From contig CANJLQ010000014.1 of the NCBI GenBank assembly GCA_947475735.1, forward strand, positions 51,751 through 115,750: a DNA stretch of 64,000 bases, given 5' to 3'. The position numbers were made by a program, and so were the translations under genes. This DNA is from Caulobacteraceae bacterium. GTDB lineage: Bacteria > Pseudomonadota > Alphaproteobacteria > Caulobacterales > Caulobacteraceae. Of the stretch, positions 38,745 through 48,149 are shown one piece after another. The stretch's first letter is position 1, and each line of letters starts with the position of its first letter. The notes below the pieces were generated by a model. It was not told where the DNA came from. It did no database searches and saw only the letters and a list, made by a program, of their open reading frames with translations.

Positions 38745-39752
38745 TCACGTCTTGACCCGCGCGATCTCGCCGTCGCGCAGCCTTAGCGCCGCCGCCGTTT
38801 CCGGGGTCAGGCGCACGGTTTCGCCTTCGATCTGGGCCTTGGCCCGAACCGCGCGGAAGGCGGAGACGCTGTCGGTCGAAATCAGGGCGGGCAGTTCGGC
38901 GTCCACGTCCTCGGTGACGCGAACGGTCAGCCGCCGCGCGTCGCGGACAGTGCGGATGTTGTCGCGCTGACAGGCCACGGTCGGCCCCGCGTCGAAGATG
39001 TCGACCAGGCCGTTGGGGCGAAAGCCCTCGCTCTCCAGCAGGGCCATCGCCGCCACGCCTTGTGGATGGACCTTGCCGATCACGGCGCGCGCGGGCTCGG
39101 GCAGCAGGTCGACATAGATCGGGTGGCGCGGGGCCAGATCGAGGATGAACTGCTTGTCCGTCGAGCCGGTCATCATGTCGGCCTGATCGAACTCCATCGG
39201 AAAGAACTTGTGCGCGACGTGGTCCCAGAACGGGCAGGCCCCGTCCGGCGTGAAGACGCCGCGCAATTCGGCCAGCACATTGTCCGAGAACAGCTCCGGC
39301 TCGGCCCCTATCAGCATGTATCGCGACTGGCTCAGCAGCCGCCCCGCGCCGCCCTTGCGCCGATCCGACTTCAGGAACAGCGACCCCACCTCGGTCCAGC
39401 CGGTGCATTCGTTGACCAGCTGCAGCGTCTGGTGATCCAGGCGAATGTCCAGCGAGGGCGACTGCGCCGCCTGATTGACCAGCCGGAACGAGAAGAACGG
39501 CCGCTTCAAACCGACCGCCGCCTTGACCGAGGCGATGCCGTCGACGTCGCCGGTGTCGGTCTCCTCCATCATCAGGGTGTACCAGCGCGCCTGGGGTTCC
39601 AGTGTGCCGGCGAAGCTGTCGCGGCTTATGTCCAGCCGTTCGACCAGCTGATCCGGGTCCTCGGGCAGGCTGGTGAACCCCGGCCCCGACAGGATGGCCA
39701 GCTCCAGCAGATGATCCAGGTCCGATGGACCGGCGGGGCGGATGACAAGCAT
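38745..39752 (-). CDS. astA: Arginine N-succinyltransferase
   Basis: MLVIRPAGPSDLDHLLELA..SGPGFTSLP and RKGG.GRLLS motifs. Start at the internal ATG 39752, overlapping the upstream stop by 1 nt. Confidence 0.88.
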   Translation of the reverse strand: MLVIRPAGPSDLDHLLELAILSGPGFTSLPEDPDQLVERLDISRDSFAGTLEPQARWYTLMMEETDTGDVDGIASVKAAVGLKRPFFSFRLVNQAAQSPSLDIRLDHQTLQLVNECTGWTEVGSLFLKSDRRKGGAGRLLSQSRYMLIGAEPELFSDNVLAELRGVFTPDGACPFWDHVAHKFFPMEFDQADMMTGSTDKQFILDLAPRHPIYVDLLPEPARAVIGKVHPQGVAAMALLESEGFRPNGLVDIFDAGPTVACQRDNIRTVRDARRLTVRVTEDVDAELPALISTDSVSAFRAVRAKAQIEGETVRLTPETAAALRLRDGEIARVKT

Positions 39753-41002
39753 CAGGGCGTCTCCAGGCGGAGACGTTTCAGCGCGAGCGCGTCGATCTCG
39801 CCCGAGGCGATCTTGCACAGCATCAGCAGCGACAGCTGCGCCCGCTCGACGAAACTGTCGGGCCAGGCGAACTCCTGTGGCGAATGGATCAGCCCACCCC
39901 GGACCCCCAGCGTGTCGATGTTGGGCAGGCCCGCCGCGTGCAGGTTGTTGCCCTCGCACACACCGCCCGATGGCGACCAGGCGATGGTCTGGCCCAGCAG
40001 GGCGCCGGTCTCGCGCACAGCCTCGAACAGGGCCGTCTGGGCGGCGTCCATCGGCTTGGGCGGACGGGTAAAGCCGCCGTGCAGATCAAGCGTCAGCCCC
40101 TCGAACGGCGGCGAAACGGCGATCTGGGCGATGGCCGCCGTGATCCAGTCGGCGGCGTCGAGGTCAGGCACCCGCACGTTGAACCGGACCACGGCGTTGT
40201 CGGCCACGACGTTCAGCGCCCCGCCGCCGGAAATGCGCGCGACGTTCACGGTCACGCCCTCGCGCTGACCGTTCAGGGCGTGCAGAGACGCAGCGACCAG
40301 GGCGGCACCCGCGACGGCGTTGCGCCCTTCGTCGAAGGCGCGGCCGGCATGGGCCGCCTTGCCCGTCACGACCATATGGAAATTGCCGCTGCCCTTGCGC
40401 GCCCCCGCCAGCGTCCCGTCGGCCAGCGCCGGCTCGTAGGTCATACCGACGTGGCCGCGCGCGCCGAGCTCGGCCAGCAGGGGCGCGGAGGCCGGCGACC
40501 CGATTTCTTCGTCAGGCGACAGCAGAACGCTCCAGCCGACCCGCTCCCGCTCCGGATGGGTCTCGAACGCCTCCAGCGCGCCGAGCATGACCGAGATGCC
40601 GCCCTTCATGTCTGCGATGCCGGGACCGTTCAGAGCCCCGTCCGGACGGGGCGTCACGGTCTGAAAAGCGCTGGAGGCCGAATAGACGGTGTCATAGTGG
40701 CCGGTCAGAACGACCTGAATCTCGGCCTCGGGCCGGGCTGTGATCCGCAGGGCGTCCGCGCGCGCCTGGGGCACCAGCGTCCCGTCGTCAGCCACGGTGG
40801 AGAACGCTTGCGTCGGTATGCGGCGGACCTCGGCCGGCAGGCGGCGGGCCTCGGCCTCGAGCAGCGCCAGCGTGGTTTCAAGGCCCTCGGCGTGATCGCT
40901 GCCGGAGTTGACGTTCGCCCAAGCCACCGCGCGATCGACAAGGACCGCGCCCCCCCGCCCGACCAGGTCGAGGGCGGCATGATCCTGATCTAGAATCCGC
41001 AT
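39752..41002 (-). CDS. M20/M25/M40-family metallo-amidohydrolase (carboxypeptidase/deacylase-like), first gene of the ast operon
   Basis: VLTGHYDTVY, LLSPDEEIGSP, and the overall M20 two-domain pattern. Confidence 0.75.
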   Translation of the reverse strand: MRILDQDHAALDLVGRGGAVLVDRAVAWANVNSGSDHAEGLETTLALLEAEARRLPAEVRRIPTQAFSTVADDGTLVPQARADALRITARPEAEIQVVLTGHYDTVYSASSAFQTVTPRPDGALNGPGIADMKGGISVMLGALEAFETHPERERVGWSVLLSPDEEIGSPASAPLLAELGARGHVGMTYEPALADGTLAGARKGSGNFHMVVTGKAAHAGRAFDEGRNAVAGAALVAASLHALNGQREGVTVNVARISGGGALNVVADNAVVRFNVRVPDLDAADWITAAIAQIAVSPPFEGLTLDLHGGFTRPPKPMDAAQTALFEAVRETGALLGQTIAWSPSGGVCEGNNLHAAGLPNIDTLGVRGGLIHSPQEFAWPDSFVERAQLSLLMLCKIASGEIDALALKRLRLETP

Positions 41003-41118
41003 CGGCCGCTTCTAGCCCGCGCGGCGACAAAGGTGAACCCCGCGCAAAAACACCGGAGCCACTTGTGTAAGGTGTCCTTGTCATGTAAAGGACCATTGTC
41101 ATTTCAGGGAGGACACGA

Positions 41119-41634
41119 ATGGCCAGCGTGATCACCGGCATGAACCCGACGGCTCCGATCCGGACCGAAGCCGAGGCCGAAGCAGCCACCAAGGCGAGCG
41201 CGATCTCGATCTTCATCGGCGTGATCGCAGCGGGGGTCAGCATCGCCTGGTCGCTGGCCAATCCGGCGGCCATGCAGGATGCGGTCGCCTCGGCCGCCGG
41301 TAGCGACGTCAATGCCGAAGCCGCGGCCATGGGGGCCCAGTTCGCGATCTACCTCACCGGCGGCCTCGCCGTGGTTCAGCTGATCTTCGGCATCGTCCAG
41401 TGGCGCAACCCCGGCAAGTGGATCGCCATCCTGTTCCTCGTGTTGCTCGCCTACGGGATCCTGTCGACGGCGGCGACGCCTCTGCTGGCGAGCTCCGTTC
41501 CCAACATGCCCGTGATCCCGACGTGGCAGATCGCCGTGTCGCTGGTCGTCATGGTGGTGCAGGTCGTCCTGCACGCCGCGGGCCTGCGCGGCATCAACAA
41601 ACTGGACAAATTCCAGATGGAGTCCGCCCGCTAG
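41119..41634 (+). CDS. Integral membrane protein, unknown function
   Basis: 171 aa with about 4 TM helices. GGGAGGA lies upstream of the ATG. Confidence 0.5.
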   Translation: MASVITGMNPTAPIRTEAEAEAATKASAISIFIGVIAAGVSIAWSLANPAAMQDAVASAAGSDVNAEAAAMGAQFAIYLTGGLAVVQLIFGIVQWRNPGKWIAILFLVLLAYGILSTAATPLLASSVPNMPVIPTWQIAVSLVVMVVQVVLHAAGLRGINKLDKFQMESAR

Positions 41635-44600
41635 TCGGACGCCGCCGCCTGGGCATTGGGTCGCCGGTCCTGGCGGCCCGTGCCGGGCACACGGGACTGT
41701 CGCCGCCAGCGGATCGACAGGGTCGCGTCGCCTTCGCCGCCGAACTGGCTTGAGATCGCCAGGTTCCGGCGGACCTGCCACTCGACGTTGACCGCTGCGC
41801 CGCCTTCGCCGCCGCCGATGATCTCGAGATAGACGTCGTCGGTGATGTAGCGCCCGCCGGCGACCGTCAGGGCTGAGGCCTCTCCGCCGAACGACAGCCG
41901 GTCCAGACCCGCCAGCTCGCGCAGATTGCCGATCACATCGAAGCCGCCGCCGCCGGCCAGCGAGGCCACGCCCGCCGCCAGCTGGGCCGCCTCGAACGGT
42001 GACAGCTGCGACGCCGAACGCCCGAACAGGACCTGGGACAGGATCTCGTCCTGGGGCAGGGCGGGGGTCGAGGTCAGCACGATCTCGGGCCGGGCGGCCG
42101 TGCCCGTCACGCGGATGGTGGCGGTCAGCGCCGGGTCCTCGCGCACGGCGGTCAGGTTCAGGCGGATCCGCGACGGATCGGTCGAGAGCGAGACCGAGCC
42201 CCGGTCGTCCAGGACGAACCGCTTGCCGGCGAAATCATAGTCGCCGCGGACGATATTGGCCGTGCCGGAAAGCTGGGGCTGGCTGACAGTGCCGCCGACG
42301 CGGGCGTTGACGTTCAGGAGAACGTTCAGGCCCCGACCGGCCACGATGACCTCCCCACCGCGTGAGCGCAGCCGGATATCGAGGCCGATCTGAGGACCCC
42401 GTGACGCCGTGGTGTCCTCGTCCTCGACAGGATCGCCCCCCGGGCGATTGATCTCGACCACGTCCATGCGCACGATGCCGCTGGAGCCGGGCGGATTGGC
42501 CTCGATCCGGGCCTCGTCGACGTTGATCTCGCCGGCCAAGGTCACGTTGCCGTCGGCGGCGCGCACGACCGTCAGAGGGCCTGATGCCCGCGCCTCGGCG
42601 ATGTCGTTGTCGATGATGCGGAACCGGGTCAGGGCCAGTTCGAAACTGGAGCCCGAGCCCTGGCGCAGCCCGATGCGGCCGTCGCCCGCCACCGTGCCGC
42701 CGCCGCCGTCCGTCGCGGTGAAGGTCTGGATCAGGGCCGTGGCGTCGTCGAACCTGGCCGCCAGCGTCATGTCGGCCAGCACCAGACCCGAGCCGTTATC
42801 ACGGAACCGGCCCTCGGCCAGCGCCAGCTGTCCGTTGATCAGAGGGGCCGCCAGGGTTCCGCCCAGGGTGGCGCGGCCGTCGACCTGGCCGGCCAGGGAC
42901 CGCTCGCCGCCGAAGAAGACGTCCCAGATCGGTTGGATCTGTCCATCGACCTCGACCTCGCCCGACATCGGCCGGGTCCGGGCGACGGCGAGGCGCAGCG
43001 GCGCGGCCGAGGCCTCGACCGGCAGGGTCACGTCGGCCGTGGCCATGACAGCATCGGTGCCTGAGGCGTTGGCCTGGATCCGCAGGGTGTTGTTGACGAG
43101 CGTCGCGGTGACGGCCCCGTCCACCGACAGGCCACGTGGTGCGTCGGTGCTGCGCAGCTGGGCCAGGCGCACATTGGCCGAGCCGGACAGGTCGTCGCCC
43201 GATCCGCGCAATGATATTCGCCCCGTCACCTGTCCGCGCAGGTCCGGCGCGATGGACCCCAGCTCGACACTGGTCAGGTCGGCCTGGATGACGGCGGCGT
43301 CGGAATCCTGACGCAGCTCGCCCAGCAGCACCCCGCCGCCGATCGACAGGTCGACCCGGGCGACCCTGCCGTCGCCGGCCAGGGCGATGACCGCTGGATT
43401 GCGGGTCGAAAAGGCGACTTCGCGCACCCGGCCGTCGCCGCTCAACGTCAGGCTCTGAGCCTCGCCCTGGCGCGAGTAGACGCCCGACCCGTCGAAGGCG
43501 ACGGGGTTCGCGCCGCCCACGTCGGCGACCACGGAGAAGGGTAACCGGTCCAGGGTGCCACGCCCGTTCAGCTCCAGCGTCCGCAGCGTCCAGCTCGCGT
43601 TGGACAGACGCACGTTGCGGCCCGTCACATCCAGGATGGCGGTCTCGGATTCCGCGCCCTCGGTCAGGCGGATGCGACCGTCGGCGGTGCCGGAAGCCAG
43701 GAAGGCGCCGGGACGCGCAGTGAACGTCAGGTCGGCGCTGGAGGGGGTGTTGTTCGCCAGGGCGATCGACCCCTGGGCCGTGACACCGCCTGCGTCCAGA
43801 TCGACCTGCGACAGCCGGATCCGCTCGCCGCCGAGGAAGAAGGTCCCCGCCGCGCGCGCCGGGCCATAGTTCGAGCCGGCCGTCACGACGACCCGCCCAT
43901 CGGACGCGTCCGCGCCCCGCCGGAAGCTGAGCGTCAGATCCGCGTCGGTCAGGGTCAGGGGCCCGGCGGCGACCTTGTCAAAGGCGGCCGTCAGGTCGGC
44001 GCGCGGCTGGGCCAGGGTGCCGGTCAGGGCCCCGTTGCCGGTCATGGTGCCGTCGATGGCGACAGGGCCGATACCGAACGGTCCGCGCGCGTTCCAGTCC
44101 AGCGCCAGCCTCAGGCGGCCTTCGGGTTCGATCAGGCCGCGCGCCGAGGCGGTCCCGGCCGCGCCCGTCAGCAGGGCGCGCTCGACCGCGATCTGGCCGC
44201 CGCGCAGGTTGCCCGAAAGCTGCAGCCGAGGAGCCGCGCCCAACAGACGATCCAGCTCGGCCATCCCGCTGGCCAGGCGCGTGCCGCGCCCGTCGAAGGT
44301 TACGGTCCAGGGCGCTCCAGACCGGGCCGAGGTCGCGGTCAGAGGCCCGCCGAACGCGCCCCGGGCTCCCGGCCGGAGCCGACCGACATCGGTGATCTCG
44401 GCGCGCCCTCGAAAGCCCAGGCCGCCGAGCAGGTTTCGCCCGCCTGACCCGGTTAGCGTCAGGGCCTGGCCGCGGGCATCGATCCGCTCCAGCAGCAGGG
44501 CCCCGTCGGCCAGCCGCGCCGCCTCGAACCGGACGCGCGGTGACGCCCCCAGCAAGCCACCGACGATCCCCGCGCTGCGGCCACCCGCCGCCGTCAGGTC

Positions 44601-45866
44601 GCCGGAGATCGAATAGCGCCCGCCGTCGGCCGCGATGTCCAGCGGGCCCGAAAGGCTGGCGGCCGAGTAGCTGGCGAGGTTGGCCCGCTCCAGCCGCACC
44701 GCCCCGTCCAGGGCCCACTGCTCCGCGTCGCCGGTGAAGGTGGCCTCATACCGCGCCGGCCCTCCGGTCTCCGTTCCGACCAGGCGGGTTAAAGAGCCTG
44801 TCGACACGGTCAGGTCGATTCCATCCGGCGCGCTGCGATCGTCCAGCCGGACGTTTCCCTGGGCACTGGATTGCAGATTGTCGGTGATCAACCGCCACGC
44901 CACGCCGTGGACCCCGTCCTCCTCGCGGTCCGGCACCGACGCGAAGCCAAAGCGGGCGGTCCGTCCGATGCGCTGCACGAACGGCTCCAGCAGGTCTGAC
45001 CCGCTGAAGTCGAAGTATCCCGAGATGCGGGAGCCCGCCGCGCCATATCGGCCGCGCACCGTCACCGGCGTGAGGTCACCGGTCCGGACCGTGGCGTTGA
45101 CGATCTCGCCGTTGATCACCGCCGAGGCGAAGAAGGGCTGGTCGGGCGAATAGCCCAGCGAACCCGCCAGCGGCCCGCCCTGGGCCTCGCTGGCGCGCAC
45201 GATCAGCCGCAGATCCTCCGGCCCGGCCCCCAGCGTCGCCGCGACGCGCAGAAAGTCCCCGGGACGATTGAGGCTGTAGGCCCCGATCCGGGCCGTCTTG
45301 TCGCCCCGCCGGGGCACGTTGGCATCGCCCGTCAAACGCCAACGGCCGTATTCCTTGGAGAAGCCCTCCAGCAGTTCCACGTCGGCCCGCAGACTGTCGA
45401 TGTCGATGTCGAGCGGGAGGGGACGGGGCGGGCGACCGTCGGGCGGCTCGACCTCGGGCCGGCGCAGCAGGCGGACCTGGCCCGCCGTGATCTGGGTGGC
45501 GTGGAACCGGCGGCTGACCAGCGGCCAGTAGGACCAGTCCACCCGGACCTGATCGGCCTCCAGCCAGACCCCCTGCGCGTCCGTCACCGTCACGCGGCGG
45601 ATGGTGAAGTCGTCGAACAGATCGCCGGACAGGCCTTCGACATTGATCCGGCCGTAGCGCCCGATCTTCTGACCGGTCACGAAACTGGTGACCAGCTCAC
45701 GCCCGGGTCCCGAGACCAAGTACATCCGCCCGCCGACCGCCAGGATCAGGACCAGGGCGATCAGGCCCACGACGGCGGTCCCGCCGAAGAAGGCAAGAGC
45801 CTGGAGCCGCGTCCGGCGACGCTTCTCGGCCTTGACCGGCTCGGATGTCTCCTGCTCCTCGGTCAA
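41631..45866 (-). CDS. tamB: Translocation and assembly module protein TamB
   Basis: 1411 aa with an N-terminal anchor, a long beta-rich body and a C-terminal DUF490-like region. Overlaps the tamA stop by 4 nt. Confidence 0.88.
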   Translation of the reverse strand: MTEEQETSEPVKAEKRRRTRLQALAFFGGTAVVGLIALVLILAVGGRMYLVSGPGRELVTSFVTGQKIGRYGRINVEGLSGDLFDDFTIRRVTVTDAQGVWLEADQVRVDWSYWPLVSRRFHATQITAGQVRLLRRPEVEPPDGRPPRPLPLDIDIDSLRADVELLEGFSKEYGRWRLTGDANVPRRGDKTARIGAYSLNRPGDFLRVAATLGAGPEDLRLIVRASEAQGGPLAGSLGYSPDQPFFASAVINGEIVNATVRTGDLTPVTVRGRYGAAGSRISGYFDFSGSDLLEPFVQRIGRTARFGFASVPDREEDGVHGVAWRLITDNLQSSAQGNVRLDDRSAPDGIDLTVSTGSLTRLVGTETGGPARYEATFTGDAEQWALDGAVRLERANLASYSAASLSGPLDIAADGGRYSISGDLTAAGGRSAGIVGGLLGASPRVRFEAARLADGALLLERIDARGQALTLTGSGGRNLLGGLGFRGRAEITDVGRLRPGARGAFGGPLTATSARSGAPWTVTFDGRGTRLASGMAELDRLLGAAPRLQLSGNLRGGQIAVERALLTGAAGTASARGLIEPEGRLRLALDWNARGPFGIGPVAIDGTMTGNGALTGTLAQPRADLTAAFDKVAAGPLTLTDADLTLSFRRGADASDGRVVVTAGSNYGPARAAGTFFLGGERIRLSQVDLDAGGVTAQGSIALANNTPSSADLTFTARPGAFLASGTADGRIRLTEGAESETAILDVTGRNVRLSNASWTLRTLELNGRGTLDRLPFSVVADVGGANPVAFDGSGVYSRQGEAQSLTLSGDGRVREVAFSTRNPAVIALAGDGRVARVDLSIGGGVLLGELRQDSDAAVIQADLTSVELGSIAPDLRGQVTGRISLRGSGDDLSGSANVRLAQLRSTDAPRGLSVDGAVTATLVNNTLRIQANASGTDAVMATADVTLPVEASAAPLRLAVARTRPMSGEVEVDGQIQPIWDVFFGGERSLAGQVDGRATLGGTLAAPLINGQLALAEGRFRDNGSGLVLADMTLAARFDDATALIQTFTATDGGGGTVAGDGRIGLRQGSGSSFELALTRFRIIDNDIAEARASGPLTVVRAADGNVTLAGEINVDEARIEANPPGSSGIVRMDVVEINRPGGDPVEDEDTTASRGPQIGLDIRLRSRGGEVIVAGRGLNVLLNVNARVGGTVSQPQLSGTANIVRGDYDFAGKRFVLDDRGSVSLSTDPSRIRLNLTAVREDPALTATIRVTGTAARPEIVLTSTPALPQDEILSQVLFGRSASQLSPFEAAQLAAGVASLAGGGGFDVIGNLRELAGLDRLSFGGEASALTVAGGRYITDDVYLEIIGGGEGGAAVNVEWQVRRNLAISSQFGGEGDATLSIRWRRQSRVPGTGRQDRRPNAQAAASD

Positions 45867-47728
45867 AACGCCTGACCGATGCTGACGTAGATCTGGAAGT
45901 CGGCGTCGCCCTCGCGCTTGTCCAGCGGGAAGGCGATGTCGGCCCGGATCGGGCCGAACGACAGATTGTAGCGCGCCCCGATTCCCACGGCGTATCGCAG
46001 ATTCGAAAAGTCGGGTGTTTCCGCGAACCCCACGGACCCCGCGTCGACGAAGCCGACGATCCCTATGTTCCGCCCAAGGTCACGCCGGATTTCGGCCGAC
46101 ACCTCGAACAGCGACAGGCCACCGCGCGGGGTGTTGTCGGGCAGGCGGGGGGCCACGCCCTGGTATTCGAAGCCCCGCACCGAGCCCCCGCCACCGGAAT
46201 AGAACAGCCGGTCGGCCGGGATGGTCAGTTCATCACCGCCCAGGATCGACCCCAGGCGGATCCGTCCCGCCGCGACGGTCTTCGCCCCGGCCTGAAGCGG
46301 TCTGTAGGCCGTCAGCTGGGCCTCGGTCCGCAGGAACAAGATGGTGTCCTCGCCCGCCACGGCCGTCGGCTGGACGTTCAGCGACGCGCGCCATCCCGTC
46401 GTCGGATTGAGCGGATCGTTCGACTGGTCGAGATAGGCCGATCCCCTGGCGGTCAGCAGGGCCAGATCGCGGCTGATCGACAGGGGAACCTGGGTCAGAG
46501 GATCAAACCGGTTCTCGTCATACCGGCCGGCGTCCAGGCCCAGGCCATAGCTGAACCACGACGTCTTGCCGATGCGTTGGCGGATATCGGCGGCCAGCAC
46601 CCCGGCGGTCCGGCGATAGGCGTCGGTGTCTTCGTTCACCACCGCCGCTGACAGCGCCAGCGTCTGCCCCGGGCGGCGCCAGTGGGGCAGAGACAGGTCC
46701 GCGCCGATCCGGCTGTCGATGTCGGCCAGCCTCGCCTGGAACCTGAGCGTGTCAGCGCGGCCGAACCGATTGTACCAGGTCCACAGACCCTCGACGCCCG
46801 ACCCGTCGGCGGTGGAGAAGGTCGCCCCGGCCTCCAGGATGCGGCGGGGACGATCGGTCAGGGTCACGACCACAGGCCGTGTGCCGGCGGGCGTCGCCTG
46901 ATCCGCCGCCGTCAGGGCGACGCCGACGCCGTCGTAGACGCCGGTTTCGAGCAGGCGGCGCTCCAGTTCCGCGACCTGTTCGGGGTCATACCGGTCGCCG
47001 TCCTGCCACGGAGCGAGCGCGGCCACCCAGGCGGGGTTTGTCGGGCCCGCGGTCTCGACCCGCACCCCGTCGAGCCGGACCAGGGACCCGGAGGCGATCC
47101 GGAAGGTCGGAGCGACCGTGAAGGCCGCGTGATCGACCACGACCCGGCGCGGCTGCACGGCGGCGTCGGGATAGCCCTGTCGCGTCAGGCTCGCGATGAT
47201 CCGGCCCTCAGCGGCGACGACCTCGGCGGTCCGGCCGGGGTCTCCCGGGATCAGGGCCGTCTCTCCCGCGGCGGTCTCGATGACCTCGGGCGTCGGCTCC
47301 GGCGTCGACCACACGATGGTCTGCTCCGCCAGGACGAACCGGCGACCCGGGTCGATCGACACGACGGCGATGGGTGTCTCTTCGCCCTCGACGATGTCCT
47401 CCAGCACCGGCTGGTAATAGCCCTCTGACCTCAGCAGTGCCTCGGCCGAAGCCAGGGCGGCCCGGGCGCGCCTGCGGGCTTCGAAGCGGTTGGACGATGG
47501 TCCGTCGGTCTCGCCGATCGCTCGCTCGATCTGGCTCCGCAGCTCGGCCGGCATATCGCCGCGAATGGACGCTCTCGGGTCGGCCCAGGCGTCGCTCGCG
47601 ACCGTGCCCGCCGTCGTCACGGCGATGGCGATGGCGACCAGCGGGCGGGAGCGAAAGAACAAGCGTGGGCCTCGGGCACAGCTGACCGTCGGCAGGCGGG
47701 CCGACACCGATCCCCCGAGAACAGGCAA
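45863..47728 (-). CDS. tamA: Outer-membrane protein assembly factor TamA (Omp85/BamA family)
   Basis: POTRA region plus an Omp85 barrel (GGGGSVRGF.YQ, ..VSIGQAF aromatic terminus). Confidence 0.88.
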   Translation of the reverse strand: MPVLGGSVSARLPTVSCARGPRLFFRSRPLVAIAIAVTTAGTVASDAWADPRASIRGDMPAELRSQIERAIGETDGPSSNRFEARRRARAALASAEALLRSEGYYQPVLEDIVEGEETPIAVVSIDPGRRFVLAEQTIVWSTPEPTPEVIETAAGETALIPGDPGRTAEVVAAEGRIIASLTRQGYPDAAVQPRRVVVDHAAFTVAPTFRIASGSLVRLDGVRVETAGPTNPAWVAALAPWQDGDRYDPEQVAELERRLLETGVYDGVGVALTAADQATPAGTRPVVVTLTDRPRRILEAGATFSTADGSGVEGLWTWYNRFGRADTLRFQARLADIDSRIGADLSLPHWRRPGQTLALSAAVVNEDTDAYRRTAGVLAADIRQRIGKTSWFSYGLGLDAGRYDENRFDPLTQVPLSISRDLALLTARGSAYLDQSNDPLNPTTGWRASLNVQPTAVAGEDTILFLRTEAQLTAYRPLQAGAKTVAAGRIRLGSILGGDELTIPADRLFYSGGGGSVRGFEYQGVAPRLPDNTPRGGLSLFEVSAEIRRDLGRNIGIVGFVDAGSVGFAETPDFSNLRYAVGIGARYNLSFGPIRADIAFPLDKREGDADFQIYVSIGQAF

Positions 47729-47751
47729 AGACGACCGTCGTGAGGCGGCGA

Positions 47752-48012
47752 TCAGTAGAACAGGGTCTCGCTTTCAGGCTGGACCGATTCTGCCGACGAG
47801 GGGTTGGCGGGCGGCAGGCTGCCGTCGGTGGGCAAGGGCGGCTGGTCGGTCGGCGCGGTGGTGTCCGCTGCGGGCTGGGCGGCGTCCTCGGCGGCGGACG
47901 CGATCGGAACTTCGATCGGCTGCCCCATCTCGGCCTCGCGCGACATCGGTTCCTCGCAGGCGGCCAACGCGAGGGCAAAGGCAGAAGCTGCCAGCGGAAT
48001 CAGAGACTTCAT
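47752..48012 (-). CDS. Small Pro/Ala-rich putative lipoprotein
   Basis: MKSLIPLAASAFALALAAC lipobox. Start at the internal ATG 48012. Confidence 0.5.
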   Translation of the reverse strand: MKSLIPLAASAFALALAACEEPMSREAEMGQPIEVPIASAAEDAAQPAADTTAPTDQPPLPTDGSLPPANPSSAESVQPESETLFY

Positions 48013-48149
48013 CGGTGTGATCCTTCCCCCTTTGACCGCGCTGGAACGCGCCGTTCGGTATGCCGTTCCATACCGTGACCCTGACCGGACGTCACGGGGT
48101 TTGGGCGGTTTCAACCCTTCCTTCGCACTCTTCGTGCAAGGGTCCCGGC

